NCBI GenBank assembly: GCA_963666835.2
Contig: CAXXGO010000006.1
Location: 512,001-576,000 of the forward strand
Origin: Phycisphaerae bacterium
GTDB lineage: Bacteria; Planctomycetota; Phycisphaerae; UBA1845
Direction: 5' to 3'
DNA: 64,000 nt
The notes below the pieces were generated by a model, which worked only from the letters and a program-made list of their open reading frames with translations, had not been told where the DNA came from and did no database searches. Each line of letters starts with the position of its first letter. The first letter of the stretch is position 1. The position numbers and the translations under genes are program-made. Below, piece after piece: positions 44,014 through 54,489 of this stretch.

Positions 44014-45940
44014 GAAAGCGCCGGTAAGCCGGTGAGGAGTAGTGGATGAGAGAGCCATACGGTGAAGGAATAGCGAACCACACCGACCCCGAGTCATACT
44101 GTGGTGTCCGCAAGGGCATGGCGGGAGCGTTGACAGGGGCACGTGCGGGCCGGCCATTGAGCCGTGAAAGCCTTTTACTCCGGAGTGCCGACGCCGTCCC
44201 CCAAGGCGGAAGGCAACACCGGAGGGCGTCGTTAACGCGAGACGCCTTTCGGACTCCGCGCGGTCTTAGAACCCGAGCACGCACGGAAACTCCTCACGCG
44301 GAACCCGGGAGATCCCGCGTTCGGCCTCGAACATGGCATCGAGGTCCGCAGTGTGAATCCATAGGAGCACGACACTGATGCACGGGCGCGGGAAGTCGGA
44401 CAGGCCCATAGTACCGAAGAAGACTGCGAACAACGGTGATCCCCCGGCGGGGAGGTCGTCCGCGGAGCAGTTGGAGGAAAGGGGCCTGGCCAAGGGCAAC
44501 TCGATTCGACACGACAGGCACCGTACGCAGAGCCGGGATCGTCTGCAAAGCGGGTTGGATCGGGTACGACAGGCAGCGGTAAAGGATAAGGATTTACAGT
44601 TCACCACGCTTTGGCACCATGTCTATGATGTCGCTCGCCTCCGGGAGGCGTACTTGAGCCTCAAGCATGCTTCGGCACCGGGGATGGACGGCATGACATG
44701 GGAGGCGTACGGCAGGGACCTAGAAGAACACCTCTTGGATCTGTCGGCACGTCTACAGCGCGGAGCGTACCGAGCGAGGCCGGTCAAGCGGGTCTACATT
44801 CCGAAACCCGATGGACGGCAGAGACCAATAGGGATTCCCGTGTTGGAAGACAAGATCGTCCAACGGGCGATGACCGATGTGCTCTCGGCTGTCTACGAGG
44901 CAGACTTCCTCGGGTTCTCCTACGGATTTCGACCAGGACGGGACGCCCATCAGGCGTTAAGTGCCCTGACTGTCGGCATCGAGAGGAAGAAGGTGAATTG
45001 GGTGCTGGATGCAGACATTCGTGGATTCTTCGATGCCATAGACCACGATTGGCTGATCAAGTTCGTCGAGCACCGGATCGCAGACCAGCGTGTCGTGCGT
45101 CACGTGAAGAAGTGGCTGAACGCCGGCGTGCTGGAGGACGGGTGTCGAAGGGACACGGAGACGGGGACGCCGCAGGGGGGCAGTATCAGCCCGCTATTGG
45201 CGAACATCTATCTCCATTACGCCTTCGACTTGTGGGCCCGCCAATGGCGACGGACGCAAGCTCACGGAGATGTGATTATCGTGAGATATGCGGACGACTT
45301 CGTGGTGGGATTTCAACAGCGAGAGGATGCCGAGCGGTTTCGGGATGAGCTGACGGATCGCCTCCGGAAGTTCAAGCTGGAGCTACATGCGGACAAGACT
45401 CGTCTGATTGAGTTCGGCCGTTTTGCGTCGACCAATCGCAAGCGAGAAGGCCGCGGCAAACCGGCGACCTTCGAGTTTCTGGGTTTTCGCCACATCTGTG
45501 GCAAGACCCGGCGTGGGAGGTTCACGGTACTACGGCAGACTGTCGCGAAACGACGGCGTGCGAAGCTCAAAGCGATTAAGCAAGAGCTTCGGCGACGTAT
45601 GCATGCCCCCGTCCGAGAGGTGGGCGCGTATTTGCGGGCGGTGGTTCGCGGGTACTATCAGTATTATGCGGTACCGCGGAACTACCCGGCCTTAACGGCA
45701 TTTCGGGATGAGGTTGTCCGTCTTTGGCGCTGGACGCTCCGGCGTCGCAGCGAGAAGACTCGGATTACCTGGGCCCGCATGAACCGTTTGGCCAAGCAGT
45801 GGATACCTGCTCCCAAAATCCTACATCCTTACCCCGACCGACACCTGGCCGTTATGACCCAAGGCAGGAGCCCAGTGCGGTAGTCCCGCACGCTGGGATC
45901 TGTGGAGGGGGTCCCGGGTAACCGGGATTCCTACTCCGAC
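44014..45940 (+). mobile_element. Group II intron (ribozyme plus RT ORF)
   Basis: Domain V GAGCCCAGTGCGGTAGTCCCGCACGCTGGGATC, domain VI ending CCTACTCCGAC; boundaries fixed by the empty site at 46853/46854; EBS1 CCCCCA at 44198-44203. Confidence 0.93.
44378..45883 (+). CDS. ltrA: Group II intron reverse transcriptase/maturase (no endonuclease domain evident)
   Basis: APGMDG, RVYIPK..RPIGIP, SYGFRPGR, GTPQGG.ISPLLAN, RYADD, FEFLGF and maturase domain X. Confidence 0.97.
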   Translation: MHGRGKSDRPIVPKKTANNGDPPAGRSSAEQLEERGLAKGNSIRHDRHRTQSRDRLQSGLDRVRQAAVKDKDLQFTTLWHHVYDVARLREAYLSLKHASAPGMDGMTWEAYGRDLEEHLLDLSARLQRGAYRARPVKRVYIPKPDGRQRPIGIPVLEDKIVQRAMTDVLSAVYEADFLGFSYGFRPGRDAHQALSALTVGIERKKVNWVLDADIRGFFDAIDHDWLIKFVEHRIADQRVVRHVKKWLNAGVLEDGCRRDTETGTPQGGSISPLLANIYLHYAFDLWARQWRRTQAHGDVIIVRYADDFVVGFQQREDAERFRDELTDRLRKFKLELHADKTRLIEFGRFASTNRKREGRGKPATFEFLGFRHICGKTRRGRFTVLRQTVAKRRRAKLKAIKQELRRRMHAPVREVGAYLRAVVRGYYQYYAVPRNYPALTAFRDEVVRLWRWTLRRRSEKTRITWARMNRLAKQWIPAPKILHPYPDRHLAVMTQGRSPVR

Positions 45941-46138
45941 ACGGACGAGGATTCGAGAGGGACTCGCGTTTCAATCAGTCCCCCACCCTTCGCCTGGAGC
46001 ATGGTACAAATGATGTAACGGCATCGATATAGGGACGTGATGCTTGCTAGGGAACAACACAGGGCGAAGGATGGGGCACCCGCGCGTTATCCAGTTGGGA
46101 AAATCTCAAGGGCACACAACTAACGGAGGTCGGGCGAA

Positions 46139-46666
46139 ATGGCTGAGAATTACCGGCGAGTTTGCGGCTGTTTAATGGCGTGCGTGGGTTTCTCCACATG
46201 TGGGTGTTTCTTTGCTTCCTACCCCGACGTGTATGATGCTTCCGACTTCGAGGAATTCGAGTTTCGCATAGAGACTGATCCGCCATGTCTGGAGGGCACC
46301 CCTCGGTCCGGCTACTCCCCACTCTGTGAAGCCACGATCAAGCGCGACGCAAGTGGTGGATATGTAGTTGTGTTGGGGGTTCAGACCGAAGAGCAATCCG
46401 ACTCGTCCTACTTACCGGAGCGCGCCCTGACAGAGCAAGAGGCGGAATACATGCTTGCGCTGTTTGACGAGCTACATATCAACCTACATCCTCAGCCGTT
46501 CTGTACGATTCCAAGACTTGGTTCCATGTCGGGCGAGACTGTCTTTCGGTGGGATGATTTTGAGCTGGTTGAGGAGGACTGCGATCGTGCGCGACTGGAC
46601 TGGGGAGACGCTCGCGATATCCACTACTTTCTGTCCAGTCTCCAACCTGATTGGGGTTGCGGGTAG
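46139..46666 (+). CDS. Small Cys-containing secreted or lipoprotein-like hypothetical protein
   Basis: GGAGG RBS, hydrophobic leader with CGC, lower GC than neighbours. Confidence 0.6.
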   Translation: MAENYRRVCGCLMACVGFSTCGCFFASYPDVYDASDFEEFEFRIETDPPCLEGTPRSGYSPLCEATIKRDASGGYVVVLGVQTEEQSDSSYLPERALTEQEAEYMLALFDELHINLHPQPFCTIPRLGSMSGETVFRWDDFELVEEDCDRARLDWGDARDIHYFLSSLQPDWGCG

Positions 46667-46741
46667 GCGGAGGGGGTCGTTGCTGCGCAGGTTGAAACGG
46701 ATTAGGACTTCTTGCGGCAGGCCAGAGTATAAGCGAGCCGC

Positions 46742-47013
46742 CGGTGCCATCCATCCCGGCGTTTGCCGGGCTGGCGCACGTGGGTGCCCCATCCATCCCG
46801 GCGTCTGCCGGGCTGGGACGGTGGTACCCGCTCGCCGCCGGGATGGGTGGGGGACGGACGAGGATTCGAGAGGGACTCGCGTTTCAATCAGTCCCCCACC
46901 CTTCGCCCGGACCATCGTACCAATGATGTACCGGCGTTAGTATTGGGGATTGATGAATATTGTGGCATAACAAAGGGCGAAGAATGGGGCACCCGCGCGA
47001 AGGATGGGGCACC
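46742..47013. repeat. Uninterrupted palindrome-D composite (empty intron target)
   Basis: Near-identical to 43942-44013 joined to 45941-46025; GGATGGGGCACCC tails also occur at about 46068. Confidence 0.9.
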
Positions 47014-47044
47014 CCCTTCGACGTCGGAATGCGAGGAACCAGCG

Positions 47045-47848
47045 ATGGGTTATGATCTGAAAGACCGCGTTGTGTTGATTACCGGGGCGTCCGGTGGTAT
47101 TGGGCGGGCGTGTGCGGTTGAGTATCACCGGGCGGGTGCGCGGGTGGTGGCCACGGCGCGGTCGCTCGATAAGCTCGAAGCCCTGGCCGCCGAGATCGGC
47201 GGCGACCGCATCGCAGCTTTTCCTTTGGACGTTACCAAGCCGGCCGAGCGCGAGGCGGCCGTGCGGTTCGTCGAAGAGCGGTTCGGCCCAGTCGAGGTCC
47301 TGGTCAACAATGCGGGGTGGGCGAGTTTCAGCTCGGTAGCATGCACGCCGCCGGAGCACATCGAACAGATGGTCCAACTCAACTTCGTCGGCCCGATCGC
47401 GCTAACCCAAATGGTGCTGCCCCGGATGCTCTCACGTCGAAGCGGCCAGATCGTCAACATCTCGTCGGTGGTGGGGAACCAGACCATTCCACGGATGAGC
47501 ATATACAGTGCCACCAAAGCGGCATTAACGTCTCTGAGTACCGGGTTGCGGATGGAATTACGCGGCAGCGGGGTGGACGTAATCAACGTGGCCCCGGGCT
47601 CAACCAATACCGATTTCTTCGACGCGGCCGGCAACGTAAATGTCAAGGCGGTCCGGTTCGCACGTTCGCAATACACGCCGCAGCGCGTTGCCCGCGCGGT
47701 GGTCAGCTCCTCACGCCGCCGCCGGCGCGAGGTGACGCTAACCGCCGAGGGCAAGACCATCTCCGCGATCCGCCGCGTTTCGCACCGGCTGGCCGACCTG
47801 ATCATGTATCACACGGCCAAGCACGCGATGCCGCCGGATAAGAGCTAG
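47045..47848 (+). CDS. SDR family NAD(P)-dependent oxidoreductase
   Basis: TGASGGIG, VNNAG, NISS and YSATK motifs. Confidence 0.93.
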   Translation: MGYDLKDRVVLITGASGGIGRACAVEYHRAGARVVATARSLDKLEALAAEIGGDRIAAFPLDVTKPAEREAAVRFVEERFGPVEVLVNNAGWASFSSVACTPPEHIEQMVQLNFVGPIALTQMVLPRMLSRRSGQIVNISSVVGNQTIPRMSIYSATKAALTSLSTGLRMELRGSGVDVINVAPGSTNTDFFDAAGNVNVKAVRFARSQYTPQRVARAVVSSSRRRRREVTLTAEGKTISAIRRVSHRLADLIMYHTAKHAMPPDKS

Positions 47849-47936
47849 GGCCGCACCCGGTTTGTCGGCACAGCGCGTGTCAACTACAATCCCGCTCGGG
47901 AGTGCCAACGGCAAGCCGAACAGCGGCCGGTAAGCG

Positions 47937-49367
47937 ATGATGAACCGAAAAACCGTCTACCTCGAGACCATGGGCTGCCAGATGAACGTGCTCGACAGCG
48001 AGCTCGTTATGGGACTGCTGCGCAAAGCCGATTACGAAGCGACCGACGACATGACCACCGCCGACTTGGTGCTGCTCAACACGTGCAGTGTGCGCGATCA
48101 CGCGGAGCAGAAAGCCTTTTCTCGCTTGGGCAGTCTGCGCCGGCCCAAGCTCGCCAAGCCGGACATGGTCATCGGGGTTATCGGATGTATGGGTGAGCGC
48201 GATCCCGACGGGATCTTCGAGAAGATGCCGCATGTGAATCTGGTGTGCGGGCCGGCCGAGCTGAACAAGCTGCCGGCCATGATCGAAGAGGCCCGCACCG
48301 GGGGCAAACGGCTGATAGCCCTGTCGCAGGCATGGTCGCGTAAGAGTACCCCGCTGCAGCGGGCTTTGGAGTTCGACTCGGTGGAGGCGCTCGATCAGTC
48401 GCGGGCCCCCGCTTTGCCGGATAGGGTGAGTCAGTCTTATGTTCGCGTTCAACGCGGGTGCGACAAGTTCTGCTCGTTTTGCGTGGTCCCGTATACCCGA
48501 GGTCCGGAGCGGAGCCGCCCGCCGCAGCAGATCATCGATGAGGTGAAGTCCCTGGCCGATCATGGTGCCAAAGAAGTGACGCTTCTGGGGCAGACTGTCA
48601 ATAGCTACGTGCATCAGGAGAGCGGGCGTCCGGTTCGGTTCGCGGAACTGCTGGCCCGGGTCAGCGAGGTGTGGGGCATTGAGCGGGTTCGGTTTGTCAC
48701 CAGCTATCCGGGTGATTTCACGGACGACATTCTCGAAGCGATGCGTGATCTCCCCAACGTGTGCGAGTATTTGCACCTTCCGGTGCAGAGCGGCAGTGAC
48801 GCGGTGCTCAAACGCATGCACCGCCAATATACCGTTGGTGAATACGACGATCTGATCGCTCGTGCGAGGCAGTATGTGCCGAACATCACCATTGCCAGCG
48901 ATTTCATCGTCGGCTTCTGCGACGAGACGGATGAGGAGCATGACGCCTCCGTGGCACTTATCGAGCGGTCGCGTTTCAAGAACATCTTCGTGTTCAAGTA
49001 TTCGGAACGACCCGGTACGGTGGCCGGCCGGCGGATTCCGGACAACGTCCCGGACGAGGTGAAGAGGCGGCGCAATGTGGAGCTTCTTGCGGTTCAGGAA
49101 CGAATCTCCGCCGCCCACAATCAGACCCTGATCGGCGACACGGTGGAGGTACTTGTCGAGGGTTTCAGCAAGGCGGCGATGAAAGCCCAGGAGGCGGAAC
49201 AGTCGCGTGGCGCGGAGATCGGCTGGCGCCAATCCGACCAGCTAATCGGCCGCACGCGCGGTGATCAGATCGTTGTCTTCCCCGGCGCGACCAACCACAT
49301 CGGCAGTCTCGCAACCGTTCTGATCACCGATGCCACCGCCCTGACCCTCCACGGCACTTTGCAGTAA
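47937..49367 (+). CDS. miaB: tRNA-i6A37 methylthiotransferase
   Basis: TMGCQMNVLDSE, NTCSVRDHAEQK, GCDKFCSFCVVPYTRG, LLGQTVNSY and C-terminal TRAM domain. Confidence 0.96.
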   Translation: MMNRKTVYLETMGCQMNVLDSELVMGLLRKADYEATDDMTTADLVLLNTCSVRDHAEQKAFSRLGSLRRPKLAKPDMVIGVIGCMGERDPDGIFEKMPHVNLVCGPAELNKLPAMIEEARTGGKRLIALSQAWSRKSTPLQRALEFDSVEALDQSRAPALPDRVSQSYVRVQRGCDKFCSFCVVPYTRGPERSRPPQQIIDEVKSLADHGAKEVTLLGQTVNSYVHQESGRPVRFAELLARVSEVWGIERVRFVTSYPGDFTDDILEAMRDLPNVCEYLHLPVQSGSDAVLKRMHRQYTVGEYDDLIARARQYVPNITIASDFIVGFCDETDEEHDASVALIERSRFKNIFVFKYSERPGTVAGRRIPDNVPDEVKRRRNVELLAVQERISAAHNQTLIGDTVEVLVEGFSKAAMKAQEAEQSRGAEIGWRQSDQLIGRTRGDQIVVFPGATNHIGSLATVLITDATALTLHGTLQ

Positions 49368-49495
49368 AAAGGGGTCGGGAGTCTTTTTTGGGGCATTTGC
49401 CGGCGGTGGGGACTTCTGTTGACGCCGCGAAGACGTTTGATAAGGCTCCGCAACGAGAAACGTGCCCAAAAAAGACTCCCGACCCCTTTTTACTG
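49362..49495. repeat. REPIN-like element: 31-bp perfect inverted repeat (CAGTAAAAAGGGGTCGGGAGTCTTTTTTGGG)
   Basis: 49362-49392 is the reverse complement of 49465-49495; a single arm recurs at 54347-54372. Confidence 0.85.
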
Positions 49496-49628
49496 TTGAC
49501 GCTGGCGGGGCCGGTGAGTACGATCCCGGCCCTATTCCGTTCGATTCGGGGGGTAGCTTGGCAGAGCGCCGCTCCGACGAGTTCAGTTGCAAACGTCTCT
49601 TGGTCCCGGCATGAAAGGGCCCAGCATT

Positions 49629-50933
49629 ATGTTCAAAGACCTCACGCCGCCATCGGACGGCTCCCGCATCACCATGACCGCCCAAGGTCTCGACGTCCCC
49701 AACCGGCCAATCCTCCCGTTCATCGAGGGGGACGGGACCGGACGCGACATCTGGCGGTCGGCCGTGGCGGTTCTCGACGCCGCCGTGAAACTGGCCTACG
49801 GAAACGAACGCAGCGTAGCCTGGTTCGAGGTCTTCGCCGGACAGAAATCATACGACCGCTTCGGTACCTGGCTGCCGGATGACACAGTACAGGCATTTCG
49901 GGACTATCTGGTCGGAATCAAAGGGCCGTTAACCACCCCCGTCGGCGGCGGGATTCGGTCTTTGAATGTGGCCCTGCGGCAGATGCTCGACCTGTACGTC
50001 TGTCTGCGCCCGGTACGCTACTTCACCGGCGTACCTTCCCCGGTGCGCCGTCCGGAACTCGTGGATATGGTCATCTTCCGCGAGAACACCGAGGACATCT
50101 ACTCCGGCATCGAATGGGCTGCGGAAACGCCCGATGCCAGGAAGGTCATCGCGTTCCTGCAAGATGCCATGGGCGTAGACAGAATCCGCTTCCCCGAGAC
50201 GAGCGCAATCGGGATCAAGCCGGTCAGCAGGGAAGGCAGCAAACGCCTGATCCGCGCGGCTATTAACTACGCCATCGCCAACAACCGCAGAAGCGTAACC
50301 CTCATGCACAAAGGCAATATCATGAAGTTCACCGAGGGGGCCTTCCGCGATTGGGGTTATGAACTGGCCGAAGGGGAGTTCGCCGAGCGAACCTACACCT
50401 GGCTGCACTGGGAGCGAACCAGGCAAGACCAGGGCGAAGAGGCCGCCAACACCGAACAAGAGCAAGCCCTCGCCGCCGGCCGGGTCCTCATCAAAGACGC
50501 CATCGCCGATATAACCCTGCAACAGGTGCTCACCCGCCCCAGTGAGTTCGACGTGATCGCGACCTTGAACCTCAACGGCGACTACGTCTCCGATGCTCTG
50601 GCCGCTCAGGTCGGCGGGATCGGCATCGCCCCCGGCGGGAACATCAACTACGACACGGGCCACGCCATCTTCGAAGCCACCCACGGCACCGCTCCCAAAT
50701 ATGCCGACCTGGACAAGGTCAACCCCGGCAGCGTGATCCTGTCGGGCGAGCTGATGTTTCGCTATCTGGGCTGGACCGAAGCAGCCGACCTGATCATCAA
50801 GGGCATGGACGGAGCCATCGGCGCCCGCGAAGTCACCTACGATTTCGAGCGCCTCATGCGCGCCGAAGGCATAAGCGCTACCCTGCTCAAATGCAGTGAG
50901 TTCGGTCAGGCGGTTATCAAGCACATGAGCTGA
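49629..50933 (+). CDS. icd: NADP-dependent isocitrate dehydrogenase
   Basis: [40 protein letters not shown] and [11 protein letters not shown] motifs. Confidence 0.97.
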   Translation: MFKDLTPPSDGSRITMTAQGLDVPNRPILPFIEGDGTGRDIWRSAVAVLDAAVKLAYGNERSVAWFEVFAGQKSYDRFGTWLPDDTVQAFRDYLVGIKGPLTTPVGGGIRSLNVALRQMLDLYVCLRPVRYFTGVPSPVRRPELVDMVIFRENTEDIYSGIEWAAETPDARKVIAFLQDAMGVDRIRFPETSAIGIKPVSREGSKRLIRAAINYAIANNRRSVTLMHKGNIMKFTEGAFRDWGYELAEGEFAERTYTWLHWERTRQDQGEEAANTEQEQALAAGRVLIKDAIADITLQQVLTRPSEFDVIATLNLNGDYVSDALAAQVGGIGIAPGGNINYDTGHAIFEATHGTAPKYADLDKVNPGSVILSGELMFRYLGWTEAADLIIKGMDGAIGAREVTYDFERLMRAEGISATLLKCSEFGQAVIKHMS

Positions 50934-50975
50934 ATAACATCCGGTAGAGACGCCCCTCGCTGCGGCAATGCCCGG

Positions 50976-52391
50976 CTATCGTGACACTTGTACGCCCGGC
51001 AGTTCGGTTATTAAGAACCGGGCGATTCGTTCAGCGACAACCTCGTGTCCGTCCGGGGTCCAGTGTTGATCGTACGTGAAGTAGGTTTGCCTGCCTCCGG
51101 CAACTGCGGTACGTAGCGGAGCGGTCACGCTAAGAAACGGAATGGACTCCCGTCGGCACCATTCTTCGATTACCGCCTCCCGGGCATCGAGGCGCTGACG
51201 CAGGTTGGCCAGAAACTCCGCTGCTTCCGGCAGGTCCTTTTTATATCGCAGTTTCATGAACGCCCGGACCTTGGCCGCATCCAGCCGGTCCGCCACCAGC
51301 GGCAGCGCAACGTGCGCTTTCAGCGGGGCAAACGCGACGATGAACTGAATGCCGGCGTCTTGGCACAACTTGTTCATCTGGGCGAGCTGCCCGCGCGGAT
51401 TGTACCAGTGTTTGTCGCTTTCGAATTCCGCCCGGCTCTCGTAGAGATCGCGAAGCTGCTTCGGCGCAAAGGCGTAGTGCTTGGCTTCGGGCCCTTCCGG
51501 GATGGCCAGCGGCAGCCAGTCCAGCACCTCCACCCCGCGAACCGGACCGTCCCGGTTGATCGGACCGAACGTATCGATCATGAACCGGTCGGCGGCCTGC
51601 AGGATAACCGAACGCTCGACGTATTCCTTCAGCCGCTTCGACACACTGGGCGACCGCCGCTTCCGATCGCTCTTGGCCGATCGGAAATCGTTGCCCTCGT
51701 ACAGCAAACATACCACGTATCGCGGCTTCAGCGCCAGACCATGTTCCTTCAACGATTCCAGATAGTGAAACGGGTCGTAGCCGGACATGCCGAGGTTGTA
51801 TACCCTCAGCCCGCTCCGCCGCCCCAGCTCGACCGGCCAGACGTGATCGTCGGACACGCCCGATCCCTCGGCAAAGGAATCACCGAGCACCACTACATCG
51901 TACTGCTCTTCGACATCCCGATTACGGTAGCCGCGCTCGTCGGTGTGCAGTTGGCAATCGACTTTACCGTACCCGGGCGGGGCGTTCGGGTACGTTCGGC
52001 TGGCCTGCGGCTTATCCTCGAACACCACGTGGAATTCCCCGTTGGGTGGGCGATGGTAGGCCACGCTGTCACGGACGTAGTGCTCGGTTGCCGGCTTGCG
52101 TAGAAGGAAATCCACCAGGACCAACGCCGGCAGCAGAACCAGCAAGGTCGCTACGACCTGGAACCACCGCTTTTTGTACGTCGCTCCCGTGGACCAATCG
52201 ACGTAGAAGCTGATCAGCGAAACGATGAACACGCCCACAATCCAGGTGAAGTGCGTTCTCGAGTACCGCCCCAGCATCACGTGCCGGTCGCGGGCGATCT
52301 GTTCGACGACGTCGCTGGGAATGATCCACAGCGCCAGGTTCGTAACGATGACGATGGCCAGCCAGATCTTCTGTCGGGGAATCAGCTTCAT
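50976..52391 (-). CDS. Membrane-anchored SGNH/AlgX-like O-acetyl esterase or transferase
   Basis: Three N-terminal TMs; LGDSFAEG, NLGMSG, GND and DQHWTPDGH motifs. Confidence 0.85.
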   Translation of the reverse strand: MKLIPRQKIWLAIVIVTNLALWIIPSDVVEQIARDRHVMLGRYSRTHFTWIVGVFIVSLISFYVDWSTGATYKKRWFQVVATLLVLLPALVLVDFLLRKPATEHYVRDSVAYHRPPNGEFHVVFEDKPQASRTYPNAPPGYGKVDCQLHTDERGYRNRDVEEQYDVVVLGDSFAEGSGVSDDHVWPVELGRRSGLRVYNLGMSGYDPFHYLESLKEHGLALKPRYVVCLLYEGNDFRSAKSDRKRRSPSVSKRLKEYVERSVILQAADRFMIDTFGPINRDGPVRGVEVLDWLPLAIPEGPEAKHYAFAPKQLRDLYESRAEFESDKHWYNPRGQLAQMNKLCQDAGIQFIVAFAPLKAHVALPLVADRLDAAKVRAFMKLRYKKDLPEAAEFLANLRQRLDAREAVIEEWCRRESIPFLSVTAPLRTAVAGGRQTYFTYDQHWTPDGHEVVAERIARFLITELPGVQVSR

Positions 52392-52734
52392 GTCTCGGTC
52401 CGTCTGTCGAAGCGCGATGCGGCCTCGCCCCTGTCGGCGGACCGGCCGCATTCCGCAGAGCACTCTGCGGAAAACCGACCCCGGCCCATCAGCGGCTCAC
52501 AATCGCATCCGGCGCCCGCACGGACGACCCAGAGGCCGGGTCCGCTGCTTCAGGCCGCGATACTAACTTACCGTTAAGTTCGCGACAAACGCCCCACAGG
52601 TCCGCACCCGGCGGTATCGATCTTGCGAGGCTCGTGGATACCGCAAAGAGCGGGAGGGCGTTATGATAGGGCTCTCCGGCCGGATGGCCGGGGTGAGGAA
52701 TCTATCTTCAGACTGTTTCGTGAGTTAGCAGTCC

Positions 52735-52820
52735 GTTGAAAAAGGGTACAGGCACCTCGCCGAGGGCGCTTCACGGTACGGTAAGTCGGCATCGGCTCGG
52801 AGCCAGTCCCCCTTTTCAAC
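52735..52820. repeat. REP-like element GTTGAAAAAGGG...CCCCTTTTCAAC in the gltX leader
   Basis: Terminal inverted repeats; GGAGCCAGTCCCC inner motif. Confidence 0.6.
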
Positions 52821-52843
52821 AGCCTCTTACGCGAGGGTTTGCC

Positions 52844-54349
52844 GTGGCTGACAATGTTACCGACACCGTTCGAGTGCGGTTCGCTCCTTCTCCGACGGGT
52901 TATCTGCACATCGGCGGAGCCCGCACGGTGCTGTTCAACTGGCTGGTCGCGCGCCAAACCGGCGGGACGTTCGTCCTGCGCATAGAGGACACCGACCGGA
53001 CCCGCCACGTCGAGGACTCCGTCGGGAAGATCCTCGACGATCTGCAGTGGCTCGGCCTCAACTGGGACGAAGGACCGAACGTCGGCGGGGACTGCGGACC
53101 ATACTTCCAAAGCGAACGGCTCGACCTTTACAACAAGTACCTTCAGCAACTGCTGGAATCCGGCGAAGCGTACTATGCCCTGGAGACACCGGAGCAGCTT
53201 GAGGCCATGCGCGAACAGGCCCGGCGCGAGAAGCGCAACGTCAACTACACCCGCCCGGATCCGGTCCCGACCATTGCCCAAGGACTCGCCGCGAAGGAGC
53301 AGGGACACCCGGTAGTCATTCGGCTGAAGATGCCGGGCACGGCCATCACGGTTGTTGATGAGATCCTCGGCGAAGTGACCCTGGAGGCGGACCAACTCGA
53401 GGACTTCGTAATCCAAAAGAGCGACGGATATCCGACCTATCATTTCGCGTGTGTGGTCGATGACGCGCTGATGAGGATCACGCACGTGCTCCGCGGGCAA
53501 GAGCATCTTATGAACACGCCCAAGCACATCGCCATCCAGCGGGCGTTGGGCTTTGCCACTCCGCATTACGGTCACATGCCGGTCATCTTCAACATGGACG
53601 GCAGCAAGATGAGCAAGCGGGACAAGGAAAAGGCGCTCAAAGAAGGGCGCCAACCGCCGGAGATAGACGTACACGATTTCCGCGAGTCCGGTTACCTGCC
53701 CGAGGCTTTGTTGAACTTCATCTCGCTGTTGGGCTGGTCCACCGGCGACGATCAGGAGCAGATCGACGTAGCCGAGACCATCAAACGATTCCGCATCGAG
53801 CGGATCGGCAAAACCAACGCCAAGTTCGATCGCGAGAAGCTTCTGTCGTTCAATACGGACTGGGCGGCGCGGCTTTCATCGGAGCGACTGTTGGAGGCCT
53901 TCAAGGACTTCCTTTCTATCAACCCGAATGTTCCCGCGAATATGACCACGGCCGACGATGCGGTGCTGCCGCGCGTTCTCGAAGTGTGCGCCGGGTTCCG
54001 GACCTTTGTTGACGTTGTCAAGAAGGCCGGGTTCCTTTTCGTGGACGACGACGCTATTGAATACGATCCCAAGGCGGTCAAGAAGGTCCTGGCTAAGAAT
54101 GACGGCGAAGGTTACGCCGTGCTAGAGGCTCTGATACCGAAGCTGGAGGCCGTGACCGACTGGTCGGCCGGTCCTCTGGAGGAGCTGATCAATGGGGTTG
54201 TTGTGGAACGTCAGACCAAGCTCGGCAAGATCGCTCAACCGATTCGGGTCGCCGTCAGCGGCAGTACGATAAGCCCGTCGATCCACGACACGCTTGTTCT
54301 GCTCGGCAAGCCGCGAACGCTGACCCGACTGAAGCAGTGTATGCGCTAA
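52844..54349 (+). CDS. gltX: Glutamate--tRNA ligase
   Basis: RFAPSPTGYLHIGG, LRIEDTD, ITHVLRG and KMSKR motifs. Confidence 0.97.
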   Translation: MADNVTDTVRVRFAPSPTGYLHIGGARTVLFNWLVARQTGGTFVLRIEDTDRTRHVEDSVGKILDDLQWLGLNWDEGPNVGGDCGPYFQSERLDLYNKYLQQLLESGEAYYALETPEQLEAMREQARREKRNVNYTRPDPVPTIAQGLAAKEQGHPVVIRLKMPGTAITVVDEILGEVTLEADQLEDFVIQKSDGYPTYHFACVVDDALMRITHVLRGQEHLMNTPKHIAIQRALGFATPHYGHMPVIFNMDGSKMSKRDKEKALKEGRQPPEIDVHDFRESGYLPEALLNFISLLGWSTGDDQEQIDVAETIKRFRIERIGKTNAKFDREKLLSFNTDWAARLSSERLLEAFKDFLSINPNVPANMTTADDAVLPRVLEVCAGFRTFVDVVKKAGFLFVDDDAIEYDPKAVKKVLAKNDGEGYAVLEALIPKLEAVTDWSAGPLEELINGVVVERQTKLGKIAQPIRVAVSGSTISPSIHDTLVLLGKPRTLTRLKQCMR

Positions 54350-54489
54350 AAAAGGGGTCGGGAGTCTTTTTTGACAAAACCGGGACAAAACCGGGGACGA
54401 CAAAACCGGGACAAAACCGGGGACAGTCACCTATTTACCGGGTCCTTCCGGCATGACCGTCGTATCTTCTCCGCTGACAAAACCCGGAC

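Noticed and set aside
44378..45883. Retron, DGR or defence-type reverse transcriptase
   Set aside because: It has a maturase domain and flanking group II domains V/VI; no TR/VR pair or msr-msd is seen.
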